From the sequence record PV796108.1: a stretch of DNA of 64,000 nucleotides; one strand, given 5' to 3'. A program made the translations under genes and the position numbers. The notes under the pieces were generated by a model. The model saw only the letters and a list, made by a program, of their open reading frames with translations, searched no databases and was not told the DNA's origin. Numbering within the stretch: position 1 is the first letter of the stretch; each line of letters opens with the position of its first letter. Below are positions 17,846 through 27,200 of the stretch, piece after piece.

Positions 17846-19455
17846 TACATATCACCCTTCTTTGGTAGTTTTAAAGTAAGTGTTCCTTCTGGAAGAATCT
17901 GAATCCCTAAGTCTATTAGGCTACCTTCCATCCATGAACCTTCTGTATCAATCTGATAGAAGAAATCTCCATAACCTAATTCCAGATTTCCATCAGGACT
18001 TGCATACAAGTTTTGTAAATCTGTGTCAATCAGTGGAGTATTCGTTGTGAAGTCTTCTTGTGTAGTAAAGATTGTACTCTGTACCTTATCAGTTGAATCT
18101 TTCCACTTTACTTCGATTTCATTTACGACAGGAGTTTTGTTTGATACTGTTGTGGATAATTCCGCATGGAGTTTTAAGAACCCATCTGTTGGAGTTGTTA
18201 GTACAGTATTACCTGTGATGATTTCTAAGCTAGGGTCATTTGGATTATCAAATGCATACTGTGACTGATTGAGTTTAAAATCAATAGCCGTTGTGTAGTA
18301 ATACTGAAGGTAGGCTCTTACGATGTAGTTGAGTTTAATTAACTCTGTTGAGGTAATTGTATAGCGATATGGCTCTGGCTTAAATTCTTCATTTGGGATT
18401 AAACCTTTTGCCGTAATTTTATAGCGGAAGTTTATTTCAGGGTCAATGCGGACTGAATCTTCTTCACGTCCCCTTACACCAATATAGGTATCAAAGTTAC
18501 GAAGATTAGATTCTTTTTTCGGAGCAGTAATTTTTAAATCATCACCATCACCGATACCACTCTGAAAGTCATCTTCTTTCCAACCTTCTAATGATGGATT
18601 CCATACATGAGGTAGGTATTGGAAACCTAATCGCTTCTCTTCAAGACTTCTCCAGTAAGCTTCATCCCAAGCCATGTTGTCCCATGTTGCACCAAGTAAG
18701 TTATTCATTGTATGAACGTACTCTCTCATCTTCTGAGTAGGTCGTCCATGCTCATCGAATAATGTTCCTTGGAATGCTTTCTGGTGGAATTCATTTACCG
18801 TAACGTCTTCTGGTTGAATACCAAGACCACGACTAATTGCATTCTCTAAACCAGTTTTAGAACTGTTACCTGGCTTACGGAATACATCTAGTATACGTTC
18901 CTTTAGCTCTGCATTTCGTTCACCGTACAATCGGCTTAATCCAAGAAGAAATGCGAACTCATCAAATGTATTCCAAACATGATGCAATAGAATTGTTTCG
19001 TGCATTGTTCCGTCAATTAAGATGTAGTCATATGGCTTATGCAAGTTCTCATCCATCAGATACTTTGCAGCTCTTATATACAAGTAACCTTCTTCTCTAT
19101 CTATCATTGCACAATGCTCATATGCATCTTCAATATAGAAGTCTCGTAAACTATCATACATAACAATAGGATATGCAATGTTATTGCTATACCCAAAGAT
19201 TTCTCTAAATGGTCTCATGTCCGCCACAACTGGAAGTGTAATTGGTACACGGTACATAACATCTACCTGCCCCAAGTTAGCTGTTCCGATGAATTGGTTT
19301 TGAATGGTTTGTTCTAAATACTCTTGAACATCATCAAACTCTAAACCAAATGTATCAAGGAACTGTGCTCCAATTGAGTCGGGGTCTTTCGCCATTTTCA
19401 TCCATTGAGGCAGAAGTGCTTGCAGTCTCTTTGTATTTTGACTGAGCATTCTCAT
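17845..19455 (-). CDS. Baseplate wedge protein (P2 gpI-like motif)
   Basis: FDEFAFLLGLSRLYGERNAELKERIL; directly follows the baseplate J-like gene. Confidence 0.55.
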   Translation of the reverse strand: MRMLSQNTKRLQALLPQWMKMAKDPDSIGAQFLDTFGLEFDDVQEYLEQTIQNQFIGTANLGQVDVMYRVPITLPVVADMRPFREIFGYSNNIAYPIVMYDSLRDFYIEDAYEHCAMIDREEGYLYIRAAKYLMDENLHKPYDYILIDGTMHETILLHHVWNTFDEFAFLLGLSRLYGERNAELKERILDVFRKPGNSSKTGLENAISRGLGIQPEDVTVNEFHQKAFQGTLFDEHGRPTQKMREYVHTMNNLLGATWDNMAWDEAYWRSLEEKRLGFQYLPHVWNPSLEGWKEDDFQSGIGDGDDLKITAPKKESNLRNFDTYIGVRGREEDSVRIDPEINFRYKITAKGLIPNEEFKPEPYRYTITSTELIKLNYIVRAYLQYYYTTAIDFKLNQSQYAFDNPNDPSLEIITGNTVLTTPTDGFLKLHAELSTTVSNKTPVVNEIEVKWKDSTDKVQSTIFTTQEDFTTNTPLIDTDLQNLYASPDGNLELGYGDFFYQIDTEGSWMEGSLIDLGIQILPEGTLTLKLPKKGDM

Positions 19456-19467
19456 GATATTCCTCCT

Positions 19468-20268
19468 TTATTCAACATTGATATTTTGCAAGTACAGTCG
19501 TTCATCCCATCTAGCTGAGATATTACCAATGAATCGTGGCATATCTTTTACTGTGATGCCTTGTAGGATAACGTCACTGATCTTAGGAGATGTTGCTTTT
19601 AATGTTCTTAGCAAGTCAGCATACAGAAGTGTATCACCAGGCTTTAAATTACCCATGTACTTCTTAGCATCCTGAATGATATGAGCTTTAATTACGTCTT
19701 TCTCTTCTGTTGAAGCACTGCTTCTATACATGACTCTAACCTTAATAGATACAGGAATCAAGAGTGGTGTTGCGATTTCTGCATAAACACCGCCAGCTTT
19801 TACTTTATCAACTTTCTCTTCTACTTGTGAAAGGATTTCGTCGATACGTTCCATGTCATCTGTAATGATGTGAAGTGTGAATGAGCCAGCACCATGAGTG
19901 TACTCTTTAAACTTCGCATCAATAACTCCTTCAACTTCAAGAGCTGCTAAACGCACTGCTGTTTTATTTGCACCAGCAATAACGAATACTTGTTTCGCAA
20001 TACGTTTTCGATAATCATCATCAGACTCATCTTCATTACGAACACAACTTACTAGTTCACCAATTAAGTCTAAGTATTGATTGGATGCTGTAGAGAGGAA
20101 AGCTGAGAATTTCAGGTTTAAGATTTCACTGTACATATCTCCAAAGCGTTCACTTAAAATCTCCATCAACGCACGAGCAATTGCACCAGGATTCAATTCA
20201 TTGATACCCGTCTTTTCTTCTAATCGCTTTAACAAGTCTTTTAGAATATCTTCATATAGTTTATTCAT
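19468..20268 (-). CDS. Baseplate J-like wedge protein
   Basis: STASNQYLDLIGELVSCVRNEDESDDDYRKRI...AVRLAALEVEGVIDA...GAGSFTLHI. Confidence 0.85.
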   Translation of the reverse strand: MNKLYEDILKDLLKRLEEKTGINELNPGAIARALMEILSERFGDMYSEILNLKFSAFLSTASNQYLDLIGELVSCVRNEDESDDDYRKRIAKQVFVIAGANKTAVRLAALEVEGVIDAKFKEYTHGAGSFTLHIITDDMERIDEILSQVEEKVDKVKAGGVYAEIATPLLIPVSIKVRVMYRSSASTEEKDVIKAHIIQDAKKYMGNLKPGDTLLYADLLRTLKATSPKISDVILQGITVKDMPRFIGNISARWDERLYLQNINVE

Positions 20269-20768
20269 TAGCTTTCATCCTTTTGATAGATATTTGAAAC
20301 CCCTGTTGTTAAGTTGAATACCAGAGGGATGTAGAATCGAACGGCATTGCCATCGTAAATACGAATAAAGAAAACGATTTCGCTTTCACTTACAGGAAGT
20401 GGCTTGATGTCGATATTGCCTTCACTGTATAGATTTGCATAAGTAAGGCTTCGTAGAATCATACCTACTCCACGCTCTGCTGTTTCTCTCGTATTCAGTT
20501 CTCCAATTAAGTCAGAAAGGTCTGCACCAATGTTTGCATGATGGAACCAATCAGGATTCTCTGTCTTAATACGGTTCTTAATAATCGTTTGCTCGACTTC
20601 ATAACCTAGTCCAAGTGATAGGTCGTAAATAAATACTCCATCATCTTGCTTGTCAGTTGTAATAGAACCATCAGGTTGTTTATATAGAAGGTTTCCGTCT
20701 TCATCTGTTTTCGGAACACTCCTAATTAAATCACCATCTTCTGAGAATGCGAGGTCATAACGAATCAT
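20268..20768 (-). CDS. gp25/gpW-like baseplate wedge (sheath initiator)
   Basis: IKNRIKTENPDWFHHANIGADLSDLIGE; position immediately before the J-like gene. Confidence 0.65.
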   Translation of the reverse strand: MIRYDLAFSEDGDLIRSVPKTDEDGNLLYKQPDGSITTDKQDDGVFIYDLSLGLGYEVEQTIIKNRIKTENPDWFHHANIGADLSDLIGELNTRETAERGVGMILRSLTYANLYSEGNIDIKPLPVSESEIVFFIRIYDGNAVRFYIPLVFNLTTGVSNIYQKDES

Positions 20769-21238
20769 TTGCTGTCACCTCTTTGTGTTAGATTGTAATC
20801 TTGCATGAGTTTCTTTGCTTGTGGAGAGTAATGCTGTAATGAATCTTTTGAAAGGAATGATGGACTGTCTGGATTCACATAATTGTTATTCCATTGAAGT
20901 CCAAGTGGGTTTGTTCTAATGTTTGTGGATTTACTGAAGACGTTTACGTTGTCACCATAGAGGTAAAGACTATTTGTGTTAGGGTCTAATCGAATGCCGA
21001 CACTACCATTACCAAATAAGTCTACTGTGCCATCATCATTCATTTTAAAGATAGCATCTGTTAGTGGATGTTTCATTGCTACTTCTTTACGTTGAATCCT
21101 ACGTTGTTGTCTATCTATCTCTGTAAAGTCTAGGACGTCAGGACGAACACGATATGAATCAACTTTTTCTTTCCAAGGAGCTGGACGGTATTCTATTTCA
21201 CCGCCACCTAAATCAAATTCAAATGGATTATCTGCCAT
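20765..21238 (-). CDS. Putative central spike beta-helix protein
   Basis: Short beta-strand repeats (AIFKMNDDGTVDLFGNGSVGIRLDPNTNSLYLYGDNVNVFSK); synteny. Confidence 0.45.
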   Translation of the reverse strand: MADNPFEFDLGGGEIEYRPAPWKEKVDSYRVRPDVLDFTEIDRQQRRIQRKEVAMKHPLTDAIFKMNDDGTVDLFGNGSVGIRLDPNTNSLYLYGDNVNVFSKSTNIRTNPLGLQWNNNYVNPDSPSFLSKDSLQHYSPQAKKLMQDYNLTQRGDSK

Positions 21239-21250
21239 GTTATCACTCCT

Positions 21251-21604
21251 TTACATATACCATAGATTTGGTGGGATATCTCTTGTTTGTGAGCTATCAT
21301 ATAATTCATCATTACTATTCTTATGAACAACAGAAATGTAAGGGCGGTCTACTTTACCACCACGGAAAGCAATGCTTACACGGTTTCCAATCTCAACACT
21401 CTCACGGAATATACCATCACCATCTTGTGGTAGAGGTACGTTTCTTGATTCACGCCAGTTATGACCTTGATGGTCTTTCCACATAACATCAACTGTTTGT
21501 TCAATATAACTAACACCTACAACATAACCAATAATATCCTGACGAATATTTTGTACCATAGGCTGAAGCATCTTTTTAATCTGTTGTTGAACTGGGTTAT
21601 TCAT
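21251..21604 (-). CDS. Putative spike OB-fold protein (gpV/Gp138 N-terminal-like)
   Basis: IGYVVGVSYIEQTVDV...NVPL...VEIGNRVSIAFRGGKVDRPYI. Confidence 0.6.
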   Translation of the reverse strand: MNNPVQQQIKKMLQPMVQNIRQDIIGYVVGVSYIEQTVDVMWKDHQGHNWRESRNVPLPQDGDGIFRESVEIGNRVSIAFRGGKVDRPYISVVHKNSNDELYDSSQTRDIPPNLWYM

Positions 21605-21608
21605 TTAC

Positions 21609-22910
21609 TCACCTCCATGAATTTGGTCCGACATATACATCATATCCTGGATACGAATCATACTCTCTTTCAAATAAGTCTACATGTATAAATCCATTAC
21701 CAGGCTTTACGTTTTGGAAGCCTAACATAGAAATAATATCTGCTAATCTATAAGTCTCTTCTTTGTTATATCCTGTTTGAATTTTTACCGCAAGACCTAT
21801 TCCATAAAATGTATTGGCTTTTGGTGTAAAAGATTGCAATATAGAAAGTTTATTCTTCTTTAACAGGCTCTTCGATTTAAATTCTTGATGGATTAAGTCC
21901 ATTGCTTTCAACATTAAAGGGTGTACAAGTAATGTACATCCTATGTGACCAGACTCATATCGAGAACTTGGAAGACGCACTAATCGTTTTTCGTTCAAGA
22001 AGTCTCTTCTATACAATGCATACATTTCTTTACGAGGATATTCTTTTGAGATTTCAATAGTTCTTGTATTGATCTTTGGAAGTGGAAGCATTAATGAAAC
22101 TTGTCCAACAGTAGGAATTACTTTTACTTCTCTTGCATCAGCAAAAAATTGTAGTGAAGCAAACTGAGCTGTTTTCTTTTCTTCTGGTTTAGCTGGTGTT
22201 GTAGCAGCTCCAGATGCCTTAGGAGGAGCGAAACGTCTTGCACATATATATCTAGCTCCATACCAGTTTGTATTCAAACTACGAAGTCCTAGACCTCCCC
22301 ATTCACCTTTACCAGATGCCATATCAATAAACTTATCTCCACCCATAGCGATAGCACAGTGAACTACGTTAAATGAACCGACGCCAGGAACGTTAACTCT
22401 ATGTCCACTACCATCTGTAGATTTAAAGAAGATACAATCCCCAGGGAGTAATTGTTCTCTAGGGATAATTAATTGACCTGCTTGGTTTGCAATCTGTTCT
22501 CCAGTATAACCACCTATATTCGGGCCACCTGCTAATTGAATTGCTTGTCTTGTTAATGTAGAACAGTCACCAGTATTCTTATTGATAATGTCACGGACAG
22601 CTTGAGAGTAAGGAGCATTCTTATGTTCATTCATAATCTTTTGAGCCATTGCCGCTATATTCTCTCCGTTGAATCCTGTTCCACCTTGGAATTGGAAGTT
22701 TCCATCAGGAGTAGCAGCAGGGACTTCAGTACTAACACCTGGGTCCCCACCATCTGTATACTCCGCTTCTTCCTCTTCCTTACGTTTCTTGTTTATTTCT
22801 TGAGAGTACTCTTCAATCCATTTAAGACGTTCTTCTGCATTAAGTTTCATCGCCTCTAACTTCTTGGAGTAATTATCTTCCCTTTGTGCGAACTTCTCAT
22901 TTCTAGCCAT
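21609..22910 (-). CDS. Tail-associated NlpC/P60 peptidase with a degenerate C-terminal peptidase M15-like domain
   Basis: GDCSTL...QLLPGDCIFF...VVHCAIAMG (~22230-22640); C-terminal QSFTPKANTFYGIGLAVKI...GFIHVD. Confidence 0.85.
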   Translation of the reverse strand: MARNEKFAQREDNYSKKLEAMKLNAEERLKWIEEYSQEINKKRKEEEEAEYTDGGDPGVSTEVPAATPDGNFQFQGGTGFNGENIAAMAQKIMNEHKNAPYSQAVRDIINKNTGDCSTLTRQAIQLAGGPNIGGYTGEQIANQAGQLIIPREQLLPGDCIFFKSTDGSGHRVNVPGVGSFNVVHCAIAMGGDKFIDMASGKGEWGGLGLRSLNTNWYGARYICARRFAPPKASGAATTPAKPEEKKTAQFASLQFFADAREVKVIPTVGQVSLMLPLPKINTRTIEISKEYPRKEMYALYRRDFLNEKRLVRLPSSRYESGHIGCTLLVHPLMLKAMDLIHQEFKSKSLLKKNKLSILQSFTPKANTFYGIGLAVKIQTGYNKEETYRLADIISMLGFQNVKPGNGFIHVDLFEREYDSYPGYDVYVGPNSWR

Positions 22911-22922
22911 CTAACTCACTCC

Positions 22923-24194
22923 TTACGGCCCACTTCCTGGTCCTTTATATGGTGGATAACCAGCGTAATCTCCCCAACTACCTGGAGGACCGATATCAAT
23001 ATGAACGAAACCACCACCAGGTTGCACAGCCCTAAATCCTAAATTGTAAGCCATGTCTGCAATCTGATATGCTCTTGCCCTACTTCGTCCTTCTACACCA
23101 ATATCAATTGCCATACCGCAACCATGGAAGTCATTATCGCCAGGACGATATGCAGAGTTCACTAGCATCTTCCCATTGGTTAATAGGTTTTGTGATTTCA
23201 TAGTGTTATAGAGTAACTCAACAAATGGAATAAACTCAGGAGCTTCCATCATTGTACATCCACCCAAGTTACTTACGAAACGACTTGCATCTAATCTTTG
23301 ATGACCAGTGTACCCTTTACGAGCAGCTAGTATCTTTGCTCTATAATCACTACGACTTTGAGCAGGTGGAGCATTTACTTTTCCATTACTAATGGTTGCA
23401 CCTTGTACACCGCCAGGGAAGTTAGTAGCGTAATTACCGCCACCGCCGCCACCTTGGGCTTTTTCTGGAAGACTATACATGAATGGGTCTGTGATTTTAT
23501 AACCAAGACCCTCCATGATTTCTTTAATACCTTTTGGATAAGAAGAACCATATCCACTATTACTATATCCAACGTAGAACCAAGCAATCTGATAAAGCTC
23601 TACTTTCTTCATATCCTCTGGGCCGAATCGGAATTTATGAGGAGTCTTTTGCCATGGCAACCAGTACGTATTACGTTTACCAATTAACTCTTCTACCCCA
23701 CATTCAATTTGATACTTTGTATCTTTTTGTAATCTACCAGTATCGAATCCATACTCAGATGCTTTAACCTGCATCAGACCATAGTAACCTGCATTCGAAC
23801 GAGTGGTTGGTTCCCCAGCAGACTCCTGAATCATAATAGCTTTAACGAAGACTGGATTGATTCCGCCTTTTTCTTTACATACCTGAACGATTAAGTCATT
23901 CCATTTATCTGTTCCAGCTACACGACCTTTCATACCCGTTTGACCATGGGCACTTTTCTCTGGTCCTTTCCAGTCTGCTACAGTTGGCATAGTTCCAGTG
24001 AAACTACCACCACCGCCTTCGGTAGTAGTAGCCTCTCCTCCTTCACCAGAACCTTTCTTCTTTTTCTTATTTGCTTCGATCTCTTTAGAGTATTCCTCAA
24101 TCCACTTCAGACGTTCCTCCGCATTGACCTTCATGGCCTCAAGCTTGGCGGAGTACTTATCTTCACGATTGGTTTGCTTATCTCCCCTTGCCAT
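22923..24194 (-). CDS. Tail-associated lytic transglycosylase (SLT) plus Zn peptidase M15
   Basis: VKAIMIQESAG...GLMQV (~23560-23910); NSAYRPGDNDFHGCGMAIDI...GFVHID (~22985-23260). Confidence 0.85.
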   Translation of the reverse strand: MARGDKQTNREDKYSAKLEAMKVNAEERLKWIEEYSKEIEANKKKKKGSGEGGEATTTEGGGGSFTGTMPTVADWKGPEKSAHGQTGMKGRVAGTDKWNDLIVQVCKEKGGINPVFVKAIMIQESAGEPTTRSNAGYYGLMQVKASEYGFDTGRLQKDTKYQIECGVEELIGKRNTYWLPWQKTPHKFRFGPEDMKKVELYQIAWFYVGYSNSGYGSSYPKGIKEIMEGLGYKITDPFMYSLPEKAQGGGGGGNYATNFPGGVQGATISNGKVNAPPAQSRSDYRAKILAARKGYTGHQRLDASRFVSNLGGCTMMEAPEFIPFVELLYNTMKSQNLLTNGKMLVNSAYRPGDNDFHGCGMAIDIGVEGRSRARAYQIADMAYNLGFRAVQPGGGFVHIDIGPPGSWGDYAGYPPYKGPGSGP

Positions 24195-24211
24195 GTATCC
24201 TCACCTCTTTA

Positions 24212-27200
24212 TTACTCTTTTTTCTGACCATAATTATCAAGGTCTTCGTAGCTTGTTGTGAACTTACGGTCACTAGCTTCTGTGTCAGCCATGAAGTTCA
24301 TGAATCCACCGACTGCTGCAAAGAATCCGTCGCCTGAGCCATCGAATCCTAGACCTTGTAAGAAGTTATCCATTGAGCCTTGTTTCGTATCACCAACAAC
24401 CATACCTTTATGACCATTAATACCAGCTGTAAACTCTTTACCTTGATGCATTAATGGCATCATCAGTACAGCTTGGTTCGTAGTCTTACTTCGTCTCCAC
24501 TTCTCGAATAAGCTTTCAACTAACCATCCAGCAGTTAAACTGAATATCCATCCAAGTGGTGTCCCTTTCGAAGCAAAGGTTCCGACCCCTTTAATAAACT
24601 TAGAACTTGATTTCATATCTTTCATTGCACCAGGCAATTTAGATGCAGTTAGAAGTGAACGAGCCGCTAACTTTTTCGTTCCTTTCATAATCTTACCATC
24701 CTTACCAGGTACTCCTCCAGATTTTAACCATTCCTGCGCCTTTTTGGAAACATTATCTGCTGCATTTTTTACACGTTCCCAAGCCTGTGCCTCATTCTTA
24801 CCTTCCTTACCTTTTGCTTTATAGTAAGAATCAATAGCCTTTTTCAGTTCATCTGTTTCAGGAGTTTCAGGAAGTGTACTTACAAGGTTCTTCATACTCT
24901 TCTCTACTATCCATCCACCAGCTGCTTTACCTTTGGTCATTAATGTTCGACCTGTTGCACTATTAGCGAACTTACGAGTTGCCGCATTACCAGCACGCAT
25001 TCCCATAACAGTTGCTCCAGCTAACATCCCGATTGATGCCCACCAGTTTGAATGAGCTAACATTGCTTTGTCATCAATAACAACAACTGCATCAGGAGTT
25101 ACACTTGAAATGAAACCAGTCTCATGAGAGAAGTGATGAACAACAGCTTCAACTCCGATGTTACCGTTCATATCAGAAACTGAATCTGACATGTAAATCA
25201 TATCGTGTGGTTTCAATGTAGGTGTTCCAAGGATTGTGATACGTCCTTTATACATATCTTTCATGTAATCACGAACAGTACTTGCAGAGTAGTAAAGAGC
25301 TTGCTTCTCTGTAGTAAACTTATCCCAACCTGGAATTGTACGAGAGATTAATGGAAGGTCAACAACGGCTGTACGTTGCATTGAGAAGTCGATATCGTAG
25401 TCTGCATACACTGGAGGTGTTGGTTTGCCGCCGTAGTTACCAACAACAATTGTGTACATACCATCAGAAGATGCTTTGATTTGGTTAGAGATAATATCCA
25501 TGCCATCATCAATATAATGAAGTTGACAATATGGACGTCTATGCTCTGTATCAAGCGTACGATCCCATGACTTCGTTTTCTCGTTATAAGCATAGGTACT
25601 ATCATAACGATATGCCATATTCCAATATGGTTTTCCGAAGAACAATGTAGAGCGTGTTTCGAATGGATGAACCGCAGCAATATAGTCAGGGAAGCAATAA
25701 GAAATGTTTGTAGCTACATCCCAGATTGTTTGATTATATAGAGGCATCAAGATGTTGTCCTCGTCACCGCCTTGGAATTTAAGAATGAATCCATCCCACT
25801 TCATAGGAATACGAGTACCATCTTCATAAATCCATTGGCTAAATGTTTGAAGCCCGTTTGCAGAGTAAATGTTTTGAGCAGCCTCTCCATAGTTTTCATT
25901 GAAGAACTTGAAGTTAGCATCTGGTGTTCTATCGCCTGGACGACCAAAGTGAGCCACCCCTAATGGATTGTCACGGAAGAATCTATTCTCACTGGCTACG
26001 TTAATTACGTCTTTTGCCCATGCACCTTTAGATGTTAATAACTTACAGATAATGTCTCGTGGTTCTTGAGCATTAAATAGTTTCGCTGTCTTATCGTCAG
26101 GGTCACCAGAGATTACGCTTGTTAATTCTAGTCCGTCACCTTGAGCAACGATAGTGATAATGTCGTTCGTATCCATCTCTGTAATCTTACCGTTGAATAC
26201 AGTTGGTAATCTTCGTACAGATGAGCCATAACCCATTCGCAAGTGAATACGAGCACCAACTTCTAACATCATACTGTTCAATAAATCTGAACGAGCATCT
26301 AGTACTGCATCACTTGGATTGTCTAGTACTAAGTTATCCCAGAAGCTATATGCAAAGCTATCATACATTTCACTTGTTGGTCGTGCTGTTAAGTTACTGT
26401 ATACGTTTGTCATCGAGATAACAGCTGTATCTGCAACTTGTTTTCTACTTCTATGAACATCAATAGATTGGATTGCGTTGAATCCGTAGAAGTTATCCCA
26501 TAGACGATAAGAACCCATCCAACGTCCTTCATCAATAATGAAGAATTGGAACGTAGGGAAAGCACGACATAAGCGACCTCTCATATCATATGACAACATA
26601 TTGTGAGACATTTGAGAGAATGCCTCTTCAGGAGATTGCTGGAATAGTAGACGATTGTATTCCTCATCTTTGATGTCTTCTACCTTTTGTTGGTTTTCAT
26701 AGTTCTTCGATTCTTGAGATTTACCATCTCCGAAAACTTGGTCCCATAAAGAGCCATCTCCACCAAATGTTTTACTCCATCCTAAAGCAAGAAGGTCAGT
26801 TGCCCATTTACCAATTAGCATGTTTGTATTACCGCCAGTCGGAATCTTAACTTGGTCTAGGTAACCTTTTAACTTTCCGTCCTTATGCATCTTCATGTAT
26901 GATTCGTAAATCTTCTTTACTTCACTAGATGATTTCTTCTTCATCTCACTCAGCAATGCCTTTGCCTTTTCCTTGCCGATAACATCCTCAATGATTTTAG
27001 AATCCTCTAAGTCTTTGATTAAAGCATCCTTATCACTTGTTGCTACGTTGACACTGTGTGAAGATTTACCATCAACTAGCTTCATGATGTCAGGGTCTAC
27101 AACTTGTCGTGGAGAACGGTAACGGTTCTTATCTCCGTTATATAAAGACTTCCACACACTCATGATAGAAGGGAATGCACCTTCTTTGATGCTGTCTTTT

